Positions 11,850-23,834 of a stretch of DNA of 41,143 bases are shown piece after piece. The notes under the pieces were generated by a model. The model made no database searches, was not told the origin of the DNA, and saw only the letters and a program-made list of their open reading frames with translations. Every line of letters starts with the position of its first letter. The first letter of the stretch is position 1. Source of the stretch: Octopus sinensis (taxonomy: Eukaryota); contig NW_021834563.1 of assembly GCF_006345805.1 (NCBI RefSeq), positions 1-41,143 on the forward strand. Direction: 5' to 3'. The position numbers and the translations under genes were made by a program.

Positions 11850-12680
11850 CAAGAAAAGTATTTCTGGTAGCGTTTATAATTTCTTTGGCTTCTGAAAACG
11901 GAAATGGTAGGTAATTTTTCGCTGATAGTTCAGTATATCAATTTTTCAGTTTCCCACAAAACGCACTAATTTTTCCCTCCATTTTACAGAAACAGATTTG
12001 ATTTCTCTCCCCGAAGGGCCAAGTGGTGAGCATTCACTTTATCAAAGAAATCAACGATAGAAGATAAATGGAACATAAATCTTTCCACTTAAAAAATTAA
12101 CGAAATCTGATATTTTTTCTGCGATAAAAGAAAATCAATGACTCCATCCCGAAGCTCCAAAGTGTGGTTCCCTTTGAGGAATCATTTGTTGCGATAGTCA
12201 TCTCATTTCTGACGACAGAAGTAAGTTATGTTACGAGTTTCTGCTACATTGCATCACCCAGAAACTAAGCTAACATTACTTGGATTAGGTTTAATGAAAT
12301 TCACGATTTGGGTGATAGTTTTCGCAGTGACTGACCAATCTTGGCCCATTTTCTTTTAACGCTAAATTTTGTCGGTGAATAACGCAACGTATCTGCAGAA
12401 AATAATTGTCATGCTATTGTTTAACTGATGTGAAACCTTCTGCGTTTTGCTGTCATGTTAGCACTAACGTCTGTGAATAAGGCAATCTTAGTCAGTGATA
12501 GACATTAGCTAGAAAAATTAGTAAAGCTTAGAGAATTTGTATTCTGTTTCACTTGCAGTAGTAAGACCGAACAAAAGCAAGTCTATGCGGAATTGATTTT
12601 CATAAAGTTATCGAACATAACATAATTTGTATTGGGTTTGCATTTTCGGTGCTTTCACTTGTATTAAAACATTTCTGAGT
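11850..12680 (-). pseudogene. Decayed hAT (Charlie/Buster/ZBED5-like) transposase, catalytic region
   Basis: Minus-strand remnants ESTENAN..Q..YVR, FTDVSANMTAK, RCVIHRQNLALK, ITQIVNFIK and LELRDGVIDFL correspond to the DETTD/CTDGA/HCxIHR/VNFIK/ELR motifs. Many stops and frameshifts. Confidence 0.75.
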
Positions 12681-12685
12681 TTATA

Positions 12686-13327
12686 GGCGTAGGAGTGGCT
12701 GTGTGGTAAGTAGCTTGCTTAGGAACCACATGGTTCCGAGTTCAGTCCCACAGTGTGGCACCTTGGGCAAGTGTCTTCTACTATAGCCTCTTTCTTTGCT
12801 GCCCACAAAGGGCTACACACAGAGGAGACAAACAAGGACAGACAAACGGATTAAGTTGATTACATCAACCCCAGTGCGTAACTGGTACTTATTTAATAGA
12901 CCCCGAAAATATGAAAGGCAAAGTCGACCTCGCGGAATTTGAACTCAGAACATAACGGCAGACGAAATACGGCTACGCATTTCGCCCGGCGTGCTAACGT
13001 TTCTGCTAGCTCGCCGCCTTCTTCTACTATAGGCTCGAGCCGATCAAAGCCTTGTGAGTGGATTTGGTAGACGGAAACTGAAAGAAGCCCGTCGTATATA
13101 TGCATATATGTACGTGTATATATATGTTTGTGTGTCTGTGTTTGTCACCCCAACATCGCTTGACAACCAATGTTGGTGTGTTTACGTCCCCGTAACTTTG
13201 CGGTTCGGCAAAAGAATAAGTACTTGGCTCACAGAGAATAAGTCCTGGGGTCGATTTGCTCGACTAAAGGCGGTGCTCTAGCATGGCCACAGCCACATGA
13301 CTGAAACAAGTAAAAGAGTAAAAGAGT
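12686..13327 (+). mobile_element. SINE family A (inside the hAT fossil), itself interrupted
   Basis: Head GGCGTAGGAGTGGCTGTGTGGTAAG...; the body resumes after 13020 and ends in a (TAAAAGAG) tail. Confidence 0.9.
12791..13019 (-). mobile_element. SINE family B monomer with 17-bp TSD
   Basis: TCTTCTACTATAGCCTC (12774-12790) vs TCTTCTACTATAGGCTC (13020-13036). Confidence 0.9.
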
Positions 13328-13329
13328 TG

Positions 13330-13620
13330 GTGATTTGACATATTCACTTTACGAAGCATTTATCATTTCATCTCTCTTCTGTGTTTTAATCTCGTCACTG
13401 GAAATTGTTATTAACTTCAAGACCTCATCAGCTTCTCTACGGCATATTTTGTTTACAGTGAACTCAATAAAAGATTCTGCAGTTATTTGCACTTCCATAA
13501 TTTTACAAGGACGCTTTTTGTTTTGTAGCAAAACGACATTGCAACATACGAAACTAGCATGATTGTTCTTAAACATTTGAATTGTCCTTGATCTGCTTTT
13601 AACAAACCCTTTCAAACTGT
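13330..13620 (-). pseudogene. Upstream part of the same hAT transposase fossil
   Basis: ORF 13349-13615 (ASFVCC...KKRPCKIME...EADEVLKLITISSDEIK..RDEM) resembles the Charlie ASY..KKPHTIGE..IPLS.DTI.RRI.EM segment. Confidence 0.6.
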
Positions 13621-13808
13621 AGCCTACTGTTTAAAATAGAGAAGAGTACACGGTGGACAGTGTGTGGGCCATTTTAATAGAAGAGGGTTCAGTGGATAAT
13701 AAAGGTCGTTTCATTTATTGCAACGAGGAATAAATTTGATGATAGGCCTTCTGGACTCGGCCGGGACTTGTCAAGAGATAAACGGCAACTGTTTTATTAC
13801 TGTATAGT

Positions 13809-14192
13809 GGAGGCGCAATGGCCCAGTGGTTAGGGCAGCGGACTCGCGGTCGTAGGATCGCGGTTTCGACTCCCAGACCGAGCGTTGTGAGTGTTTATTG
13901 AGCGAAAACACCTAAAAGCCCCACGAGGCTCCGGCAGGAGATGGTGGTGATCCCTGCTGTACTCTTTCACCACAACTTTCTCTCACTCTTACTTCCTGTT
14001 TCTGTTGTACCTGTATTTCAAAGGGCCTGCCTTGTCACTCTCTATGTCACGCTGAATATCCCCGAGAACTACGTTAAGGGTACACGTGTCTGTGGAGTGC
14101 TCAGCCACTTACACGTTAATTTCACGAGCAGGCTGTTCCGTTGATTCGGATCAACCGGAACCCTCGTCGTCGTAACCGACGGAGTGCTTCCA
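13809..14192 (+). mobile_element. SINE, head H3 + tail F
   Basis: GGAGGCGCAATGGCCCAGTGGTTAGGG...GGTTTCGACTCCC head. Tail ...CTGTTCCGTTG...GTCGTAACCGACGGAGTG. Confidence 0.9.
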
Positions 14193-15101
14193 TCCATTAC
14201 TGTACAACAATGTAAGTGGATCAGAAGTCCTTGAACATTTATACTCTTTTTCTCAGCTAGACGTTCTGTACCAGGACTGGGTCCTTTCAATAACAGGTTA
14301 CAGCTCACTCACCGGTATATCACTCAATCTCCGTCGATTCTGTTTGATCCACAAGAATTGAGTTGACCGAAGGCTAAAGTAGAGTACACTTGACCAAAGT
14401 GCTGTGCGCTGACTGGAATGGAAACCTAAACGTCATGATTGCAAAGCCAGCTTGTTAACCGTTAAATCATTCTCTTTGGAATTTGAACCGACGTGACAAA
14501 ATAGGCAAAATCTCTCTAAAATCTGATACTATTGTGTTCAAAACAAGTGGACATTGGATGATGCACCCCCATATACAGGTTGATGGATACTGTGCGGAAG
14601 CCCGCTGGTGGAATAGATAGTTAACCATATTTGAGTATTAGACATAAATCATGGCCAGGTTTATCCATACCTTAATATCTGTGGGGGAGAGATCTTTAGC
14701 AGAATCCAGACAATTTTCAAAGATTCAGATTAGATATGTAGGTGGCGCTCGAAGCCATGGCGCAAAATACATTTTTAAATCGGTTCATATATGTTTGGGA
14801 CATATTTGACCTGTAAGGAGGCATTTTCAGTGCGGTTTGCCATGGTGAAAAACTTTCACTTTAGGTAAATGGTGTAAACACACCAAAGTCAGTTTAGAGG
14901 GCCACCTATGGACCGCTATATGCATTTCAAGCTGATTTCTTCAGTATCAGATCCGAAGCAGAAGACACTCAACTGAATAGAAGGCTTAGAAGGCACCAGT
15001 AAGTACTGCCCATATAGTACACATTTCAGCCGCCAGGCCGGAGCACAATATACGTGTGATACGCAAGGCTGTGGTACAAAATAAACAAACTTTAGATGAA
15101 G

Positions 15102-15298
15102 CTGGTACTCCGTCAGTTACGACGACGAGTGTTCCAGTTGATCCGATCAACGGAACAGCCTGCTTGTGAAATTAACGTTCAAGTGGCTGAGTACTACACA
15201 GACACGTGCGCCCTTAAGGTCGTTCTCAGGGAGAGTCAATGTGATAAAGAATGTGACAAAGCTGGCTAGCTGTGAGTTACAGGTGCAACTCATTTTTA
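15102..15298 (-). mobile_element. SINE tail F with partial H4 body
   Basis: Near-identical to about 16192-16385. Confidence 0.85.
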
Positions 15299-15743
15299 GA
15301 TGAAGCTTTCGATCTGAGAACAACTTCTTCATTCTCACTAATTCCAAAGACCCCTTAAAAGGGTCTGTTCTCTTTCTAAGCCCTTAAATATTGCTGACAC
15401 ACAATAGAAAGTCCTTTGCCTGATGTAAAATGCTGGTTTCTAAAACAATGCTTGACAGAAGCAAGTTAAGAATGATGCATTGCAGGAATTTGCGATTCGT
15501 ACGCCGCGCTTTGATTCATTTATAAAACGCAGAAAATAAAATACAAAAAACGAAATAAACTATTTTATTTAGCTTCAAACATTACTGTACGATGTCACAC
15601 ACAATGGATTAGATTAAATCGTATCTCATTACGTTATCCGTTACTCTATGTTATATACACAAATACTGCAAAACTCTGGGATATCATGTCGTGGTTGTTA
15701 TGTTTTTGCTTCGACAGTTCTTTAAACAAATGTTCGATAACGA

Positions 15744-16110
15744 CTTCGTCTGAGCGTTACGTTCTGAGTTCAAATTCCGCCGAGGTCGACTTTGCCTTTC
15801 ATCCTTTCGGGGTCGATTAAATAAGTACCAGTTACGCACTGGGGTCGATGTAATCGACTTAATCCGTTTGTCTGTCCTTGTTTGTCCTCTCTGTGTTTAG
15901 CTCCTTGTGGGCAATAAAGAAATAGGTATTTCGTCTGCCGCTACGTTCTGAGTTCAAATTTCGCCGAGGTCGACTTTGCCTTTCATCCTTTCGGGATCGA
16001 TTAAATAATTACCAGTTACGCACTGGGGTCGATGTAATCGACTTGATCCGTTTGTCTGTCCTTGTTTGTCCCCTCTGTGTTTAGCCCCTTGTGGGTAGTA
16101 AAGAAAAAAG
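15744..16110 (+). mobile_element. 5'-truncated SINE family B dimer with probable TSD
   Basis: Two units of about 185 bp, junction at about 15928. Flanks AATGTTCGATAACGAC (15729-15744) and AATGTTCGATACGAC (16111-16125). Confidence 0.88.
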
Positions 16111-16191
16111 AATGTTCGATACGACGAGAAAGAGCTGAATAACAAATAAAGAGCTGAGAGGAAAAAATAAGCCATTACAACAGACAACAAC

Positions 16192-16513
16192 TGGTACTCC
16201 GTCGGTTACGACGACGAGTGTTCCAGTTGATTCGATCAACGGAACAGCCTGCTTGTGAAATTTACGTTCAAGTGGCTGAGTACTCCACAGACACATGCAC
16301 CCTTAAGGTCGTTCTCAGGGAGAGTCAATGTGATAAAGAATGTGACAATGCCGGCCCTTTGAAATACAGGTGCAACTCATTTTTGCCAGCTGAGTGGACT
16401 GGAGCAACGTGAGATAAAGTGTCTTGCTCAGGGACACAATGCGTCGCCGGGAATTGAACTCGCGACTTTGCGATCGTGAGCCGAGTACCCTAACCACGGA
16501 TCCACACGCCTTC
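16192..16513 (-). mobile_element. SINE, head H4 + tail F (full length)
   Basis: The minus strand begins GTGAAGGCGTGTGG...GGTTAGGG, followed by GAGTTCAATTCC, GTGTCCCTGAGCAAGACAC core and tail F. Confidence 0.9.
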
Positions 16514-16721
16514 ACGCAGACAACAAGAATAACCACAACCGTAATAATAATCCTTTCCACCACAAGCACAAAGCCAGCAATTTTTTGAGGGGAGAGGGAA
16601 TTCGATTAATCAGTTGGTACTTATTTCATCGCCCTAATGGACGAAGACGTATGAAATATCGATAAACGTTTCATCCGGCTTCCTGTCGACTCTCCCAGCT
16701 CGCCGCCTTACAAAACCTTAA

Positions 16722-17150
16722 CAGTAATCCTTTCTACTAAAAGCATAAGGCCTCAGATTTGGGGGAATGGACTAGTCGATTACATCGACACCAGTGTATC
16801 ACTGGTACTTAATTCATCGACCCCGAAAGGATAAAATGCAAAGGCGACCTCGGCGGGATTAGAACGTAGCAACAAGCGAAATACCGCCAAGTATTTTCCC
16901 AGCGTGCTAACGACTCTGCCTGCTCGTCGCCTTACACAACCATAATAATAACGATTTCAAATTTTGCCCCATGGCTAGCAATGTGGATTGGAGCGGCTAG
17001 TCGAGTTGATCGATCGCAGTGCCCAACGACGCCGAAAGCATGAAAGGCAGAGCTGTTCTTGGCAGCCTTTGAACTTAGAACATATTTTCCGTAAGAAATG
17101 CCGCCAAGCATTTCGTCCGGCGTGCAAACGATTCTATCAGCGCGCCGCCT
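16722..17150 (-). mobile_element. Two SINE family B copies (16722-16932; diverged 16950-17150)
   Basis: Reverse-complement matches to the family-B consensus. Confidence 0.75.
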
Positions 17151-17158
17151 TGATGATG

Positions 17159-17207
<49 letters not shown>

Positions 17208-17239
17208 TGATGATAATAATAATATTAATAATAATAATA

Positions 17240-17796
17240 AATGCATTGATGCAGTACCAGGCAGTGGCTCTCATGGCTTCTGATCTTAACTGATTGGAAG
17301 TGTTATCATGTACAATGTTTTGTCTTGGTATAAAAGATGGGCTACAGCAAATATTCTGCTCAATACCACAGATTTGCTTGTCAGTTATTTGACCTTAACC
17401 AGTTGAGCATGTCCCTTAGTGGCTGACGATATGTGCATCTCTGATCACAAGCAGAAGTAGTGGGGGAGCATCATAGCCATGTGTTGAGAGGGATTCTTAG
17501 GGGTTTGAATAATTCACCTCTGGAAACATGGGTGGTTCTTTCAACATCCTTAAACAACCCTTATTCAGGGACCTTTTGAGCGGGATGGGCTACTCAACCT
17601 GAAGAAAATTCTAACTGGGCCCCACCAGCAAGGTCATGTGCTGTTTATCTTGATATGAGATCACCATGTCGCGCACATATGGTTGTGATGCATGTGCCTG
17701 GTGTACCCTTATCAGATGGGTAGTCATGATGGGTATACTGGGCTTCGTATATTTTACTCCAGTGTCACTTTGATGGCATGAACTGCTCTCTCACTC

Positions 17797-17797
<1 letters not shown>
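17240..17797 (+). repeat. Unclassified non-coding element of about 555 bp between (AAT)n arrays
   Basis: Compositionally distinct block with no ORF, sharply bounded by (AAT)n at 17160-17240 and 17797-17893. That it is an interspersed repeat is inferred. Confidence 0.5.
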
Positions 17798-17870
<73 letters not shown>

Positions 17871-17893
17871 TAATAATAATAATAATAATAATA

Positions 17894-18800
17894 AAGCTGG
17901 ATTAGGAAATGCCTTGAAATGTATAAGATAGCACCAACTCTGCGAAACTTCTTGACTGTAAGTATGAGATCATGGAGAACCACACTAACTCTGAACAGTG
18001 ACAGTGAATCCCTAAATGCTGGTGATGTAAAAATTTCGTGTGGCATTTTCCAGGGTGACTCACTGTCACCACTCCTCTTTTGTTTATCCTTAATACCTCT
18101 CTCAAAGCTGCTCAATGACGCGCAGTACGGGTATAAAATGTTTGATAAAAATATAAATCATCTCGTTTACATGGATGATTTAAAGCTTTTTGCAAAAAAT
18201 GATCAACAACTCAAGGGCTTACTAGCGATAGTCAAACAATTCAGTGACGACATCAGAATGCAATTCGGCCTCGATAAATGAGCAAAGGCTACCTTTATCA
18301 AAGGAAAAATGACAGAAACATCTAACGTTAACCTTGACCAACAGAAAGTCATAAAAGAACTAGACCCAGCGGAGAGCTACAAGTACCTAGGGGTAATTGA
18401 AGGGAACGGAATAAGGCATTCAGAGATGAAGGAAAGGATCAGGAGAGAATGCTATCGAAGAGTGAGAGCAATACTCAAGACAGAGCTGAATGCAAGAAAC
18501 AGGATCGAAGCAATCAATGCATTAGCTATACCAGTCGTGACTTACAGTTTCAATATTGTTAACTGGTCAATTACTGAAATATGTCAGCTCGACAGAAAAA
18601 TAAGGAAACTGTTGACAATGCATAGAATGCACCACCCTAAGGCAGATACAGAACGACTCTATCTGCCAAGAAAAGAGGGAGGCCGTGGTCTTTTGCAACT
18701 GACAATAACAATGAAGATTGCTACAATTGGCCTAGACACCTACCTGAAAAACTCTGAGGACTGGATGTTAAAACTTGTCTCAAAACATGAAAACAAGAAA
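17894..18800 (+). mobile_element. Dong/R4-clade LINE reverse-transcriptase fragment
   Basis: GIFQGDSLSPLLF, HLVYMDDLKLFA, FGLDK*AK, YKYLG and LYLPRKEGGRGL motifs. Only one in-frame stop (18279-18281). The 5' junction lies in (TAA)n. Confidence 0.93.
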
Positions 18801-18893
18801 GCATTCGGAATTCACTTAGATATTCCTTTGCCTGTTTTGTGACTGAGTATGATGCTTTCTTGTGCATATACATGTATATGTGCATATACATGT

Positions 18894-18924
<31 letters not shown>

Positions 18925-18984
18925 AATATAATATATATATATATATTATTATATAATATATATATATATAATATATATATATAT

Positions 18985-19382
18985 ACTAGCAGTATCGCCC
19001 GGCGTTTCTCGGGTTGTAAGGGAAATAACTATATAAGCATTTTTAGAGAGTTATAGCCAAAAAGTAGCCAAAAAATGCATTAAAAATTGGAAAAAAATTA
19101 AGGTAAATTTTTTTTTTAAATCGTTGACACATCGTAGATATTTTTAGAGAGTTACTTCCCTTATATAAAAGCGAAAAAAATGCATTCAAATGGAAAAATA
19201 TGATGGTAACTTTTTTTTAAATCGTAGACTCATCGTAGACGCGCGCTAATACCCAGAAGGGCTCGATATGAATCACGACTATAAGATACCCGCTTTTGGT
19301 TAAACTGCACGGCAAAATGTGGGAGTAGTTACGAATCTAAATCGAAGGGAACAGACACACAACTTCACTCTTATATAAAGAT
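18985..19382 (+). mobile_element. Non-autonomous Helitron/Helentron-like (HINE/Lep1-type) element
   Basis: Starts ACTAGCAGTATCGCCCGGCG in TA-rich DNA and has an internal imperfect duplication. Ends ACAGACACACAACTTCACTCTTATATAAAGAT. Confidence 0.6.
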
Positions 19383-19384
19383 GC

Positions 19385-19708
19385 TTATTTTTTTTCAGTC
19401 ATAGAGTTAGATTTATGAAGGTCTTCAGTAGAAAATCCTTCGAATTCTGACTCGCTGCTTGATATAATGAAATTCGTATCCATTTTTTGTCAGAATTACA
19501 AATTTTGAAAACACAATAGGAACAAATTTCGGAAAAAAATCTCCCATAATTCACGGAATTAAAATTACACTTCGATTTTTGTACAAAACTGTATTTGAAG
19601 TGTTTACGAAGTATAATACGTGTTTTCACGAATGTACTAAAGAGATTTACTCTGATATTCTCATTTAAATATGAATAGGTAAATTCGGGCGGTTTGGTAA
19701 CGAAAGGG
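19385..19708 (-). mobile_element. piggyBac-like 5' end fragment
   Basis: Minus-strand TAAA-CCCTTTCGTTACC terminus (degenerate TTAA+CCCT). Downstream MDTNFIISSSESEFEGFSTEDL resembles an acidic piggyBac N-terminus. Confidence 0.55.
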
Positions 19709-19719
19709 TTTATATAAGT

Positions 19720-20163
19720 GTCGTCTGTTTATACATAAACCTGTTTCATACTTTCAGTTTAGTCTTGCTCAAATCACTCTGTCGCTAATTTACTCTCTTC
19801 CAAGAACATTTTCACTCACTGTTATCTGTTAGCTTCCCATACATTTTACTCATGTATCTATCAGCGTGATAGACAGAACAAATATACATTTACTTTCATT
19901 TTATTCGTCACACACTGTGTGTGTGCGTTTGCGTGTGGTGTAAACCAGACTAAGAAAAGCATTTGACACACACACCAGAATGTGAGTTTTCTGTAAATTT
20001 TGCTTAATTGGAGTTTAAATTTTAAAAACTGGACCTGGCATGACGCGATGCATTGTACTCTCAAAAATGCTAGGTAAATTGTAATTGAAGAAATCCTATA
20101 TTGTAGATTTGTATAACTCCCAAAGGGAGGCAGATAAAATCTGCCTTTTATAATAAGAGATAT
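19720..20163 (-). mobile_element. Possible Helitron-like non-autonomous element
   Basis: The minus strand starts ATCTCTTATTATAAAAGGCAG, the same type of terminus as at about 33245 and 33735. Confidence 0.4.
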
Positions 20164-20177
20164 ATACATACAACATA

Positions 20178-20440
20178 TGACCGTGACCGTGATCGACCAG
20201 GCTATCAGATGTTTCTACACATCGCTGGTCACAATGCGCTTTGCATTGTTTTAGCCTTCAAATGACGCCACCCCGTTGGTTAAGCGACCAGCCCAACAGA
20301 AGAAAGAGTGAGACAAAGTTGTGGAGCCTCGTGGAGTTTTAGGTGTTTTCGCTCAATAAACACTCACAACGCCCGGTCTGGGAATCGAAACCACGATCCT
20401 ACAACCGCGAATCTACTGCCCTAACCACTGGGCCATTGCA
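20178..20440 (-). mobile_element. SINE, head H3 + tail E
   Basis: The H3 head (reverse complement, about 20340-20440) is joined to the tail seen at about 6300-6358. Confidence 0.8.
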
Positions 20441-20994
20441 TATGTATGCATGTATGTATACATACTTGTGTATATATAATATATAGTCGTAAGTAGATAC
20501 AATATTTAGGTGGAAAATAAGCACTTCTGTATTCTAAAACACATATTTTTATACATGTATATACATATATACCTATCTACATATAAACGTATGCATACAT
20601 ATATGTATGTGTGTGTGCGTGTGTGTGTGTGTGCATGTGTGTGTGCGTGTGTATGCATGTGTGTGTGCTTAAAGAAATCGTGTCGTGGGAGAAAAGGAAG
20701 AATCGATTCCTTCAGCATTTCTTCCTGTTGAGACATTGTCTTCCAACGGCGAAATATGATTTAAAATGGTGTAGAAAAATGCTCGGGTACAGGTGCGAAT
20801 GCTACAAAACCGCTCCATAAAGTTTATCAGATTGGAGTAGAATCGAACGCGCTCCTGCCTCCTTTAAATTGAACCCGGGTCCTGGAGTACCATGACCCAC
20901 CAGAAAACTACGACACTCTACTATACGCTCTTTTCTCTTTAAGAATGGTTTTGAATATTGGCAGCAGGTCAGCAGTTTTAGGTTAAAGGTTAAA

Positions 20995-21150
20995 TCGAAT
21001 GCATCGACCCCAGTGTTCCACTGGTACTTGTTATAGTGATCTTGGAATATGAAAGGCAAAGTCGATCTCGGTGGAATTTGAAATCAGAACGTAAAGAGCC
21101 ATCAGCCATAAGGCATTTGTCCGGCGCGCCAACGATTCTACCAGCTAACT
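20995..21150 (-). mobile_element. Diverged SINE family B
   Basis: ATCGACCCCAGTG...GAAAGGCAAAGTCGATCTCGGTGGAATTTGAAATCAGAACG. Confidence 0.7.
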
Positions 21151-21159
21151 GCCTTGTTA

Positions 21160-21744
21160 TAGTCTTTTCTACTCTAGGCACAAGGCCCGAAGCTTTGGGG
21201 GAGGGGTCCAATCGAGTAGATCGATCCCAGTACGCAACTGGTACTTAATTTATGGACCCCGAAAGGATGAAAGGTAAATTCGACCTCAGCGGAATTTAAA
21301 CTCAGAATGTAAAGGCAGACGAAATACCTATTTCTTTACTACCCACAAGGGGCTAAACACAGAGGGAACAAACAAGGACAGACAAACGGATTAAGTCGAT
21401 TATATCGACCCCAGTGCGTAACTGGTACTTATTTAATCGACCCCGAAAGGATGAAAGGCAAAGTCGACCTCGGCGGAATTTGAACTCAGAACGTAGCGGC
21501 AGACGAAATACCTATTTCTTTACTACCCACAAGGGGCTAAACACAGAGGGAACAAACAAGGACAGACAAACGGATTAAGTCGATTATATCGACCCCAGTG
21601 CGTAACTGGTACTTATTTAATCGACCCCGAAAGGATGAAAGGCAAAGTCGACCTCGGCGGAATTTGAACTCAGAAGGTAGCGGCAGACGATATACCGCTA
21701 AGCATTTCGCCCGGCGTGCTAACACTTCTGCCAGCTCGCCGCCT
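21160..21744 (-). mobile_element. SINE family B trimer (184-bp period; last unit has an alternative tail)
   Basis: The junction motif GA(A/T)ATACC recurs at 21321, 21505 and 21689. Confidence 0.9.
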
Positions 21745-22121
21745 TATATCTTAAATCATATTGATAGCTATGTCTGTATATATACACGACCGCAAGAATA
21801 TATAGGGTTCAAAGCCCACAACGTTTCTATACCCGATTTCAAAGGTCTAGATGTTGTCTTAGAAAATGTAATTTAACTTTCTACTGTCTAGAAGTTCAGA
21901 TTCGCCTACTTTACAATAAGAAAAACAAATGAGGGAAACAACTCCGAAATCCCTCGTTCTCCAAATAACAACTGAATGAGAAGGGTCAGTAAACTTGAAG
22001 CAACACCAACATCGATGCCCCAGCATGGTCACGACCCCTTAAAAGTAAACGGTAAACACACACACACAAACACGTTGTTGACATCCTTGCAAGAAATGTC
22101 GTCTCCATTTATATTCTATTC

Positions 22122-22327
22122 TTTTATTCTTTTACTTGTTTCAGTCATTTTGACTGCGGCCATGCTGGAGCACCGCCTTTAGTCGAGCAACTCGACCCCG
22201 GGACTTATTCTTTTGTAAGCCCAGTAATTATTCTATCGGTCTCTTTTTACCGAACCGCTAAGTGACGGGGACGTAAACACACCAGCATCGGTTGTCAAGC
22301 AATGCTAGGAGGACAAACACAGACACA

Positions 22328-22358
<31 letters not shown>

Positions 22359-22580
22359 CACACACACACACATATATACATATATATATATATATATAAT
22401 ATATATATATATATAATATATATATACATATATATATACATATATATATATACGACAGGCTTCTTTCAGTTTCCGTCTACCAAATCCACTCACAAGGCAT
22501 TGGTCGGCCCGGGGCTATAGCAGAAGACACTTGCCCAAGATGCCACGCAGTGGGACTGAACCCGGAACCATTTGGCTGGT
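22122..22580 (-). mobile_element. SINE family A, young subfamily
   Basis: Shares diagnostic variants with 34008-34420 and 38920-39345. Confidence 0.9.
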
Positions 22581-23429
22581 GGTTAATTTTGTTAAAAAAT
22601 CTGTAAATCGTATTGATATTTACGTCTGCAAGCAAAGAATACTCGCAGAAAATAATATATGCAGATACATAACTGTCAAAACAAATAATATAGTTTATAT
22701 TTAGATACTTAATGATTTTAACTGAAAAACCGATCCGCGTGGGTTTTCGTTAAAACTCGCAAAACACTGAAAAAAACAACGAACATTTCTTAAACGTATT
22801 TACCTAATTATCTGGATTAGTTTCTGAAATATGGTTAAATACAGAAAAAAAACACTACCTCATATACTGTGTAGCACTGGAGTTTCAGGTTTATTATTAT
22901 TATTATTGCCAGCAGCCGGGTTAGCCACGTTGACCTCGGGTCCGTATTTTTGTCTTTGAAAAGTCCTTATTTTCTCCGGAAAATAAATGTGCTTTCACAT
23001 CATTTTGGACCAGAGTGGAGAATAGGAAAGCCTTCTTTTGCTGCTGAGTTCCTTTTTTTTTTAATCTAAAGTCCCCCCATTTCTGGTGGTGGTGGTGGTG
23101 GTGGTGGTGGGGCTTCTCGACGTTATTTCCAGGTGGGAAAAAGTTTTAAATTCTTCAAAATGGCAACAACAAATGGATTTGGTTAAAAAGAGACGATGAG
23201 CGATGGTTAGAAGTATATTGAGTTCTTCATAACCAGCTGATCTAGCAAGCGGGGCCTCATATCAGTGAGGGGGGCCGGTGCGCATTGATGCCTTCGAGAG
23301 GTAGGCCCCGAAACGGCGCGCATTCTCTCCTGATGACCCCATACACTTGCTAGCTTCCGGTATACGGAGCATTTAACTGGTTGCACTTGCATGTGCAAGT
23401 TGTTTGCAAGACATAATGTTCGAGAGAGG

Positions 23430-23466
<37 letters not shown>

Positions 23467-23834
23467 TTGTAAATGAAAGAGGGAGAGAAGGAGAGTCAAT
23501 TGATGATGATGAAGAGAGAGAGAGAGAAGGAGAGAGAGAGGTGGCGTTTCGCGTATTGACGTTGCTACTGAAAGGGCAACGTCGGCAACCGGACAGGGTG
23601 AGGACACCATCAGCACCAACAACAACCACCGCCACCACCACCACCACATCGAGTAGCAACTGCAGCAACAACAACAACAACAACAACAACAACAGCAACA
23701 GCAGCAGCAGCAGCAGCAGCAGCGCAGTAACATCAATGACAACAACAACGACAAATATTTCCAGAAGAAGCAGGACAAGGTTTTCGAGAAGGAAAAGGAA
23801 ACCACGTCCTCCTCTAGCAACAGCAACAGCAAGT

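Noticed and set aside
13809-13885. tRNA-like sequences at SINE heads (also 23835, 26125, 7577, 16513)
   Set aside because: A/B boxes are present, but they run straight into SINE bodies and I could not build a complete cloverleaf with an acceptor stem.
14500-15095. Possible old LINE remnant (YCAPAW on the minus strand)
   Set aside because: Only one short motif resembles a post-RT segment, which is insufficient to call.
18309-18842. 177-aa ORF as a host gene
   Set aside because: It is the in-frame continuation of the Dong RT after a single premature stop, and its C-terminus is read-through past the truncation.
23251-23345. HDV-like or hammerhead ribozyme reading of the structured segment
   Set aside because: A P1/P3/L3-like arrangement exists (GGGGCCT..GCC-TTCGAGA-GGT-AGGCCCC), but no P2' partner or catalytic J4/2 C was found. 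GAAA precedes CUGAUGA with non-complementary stem II arms.
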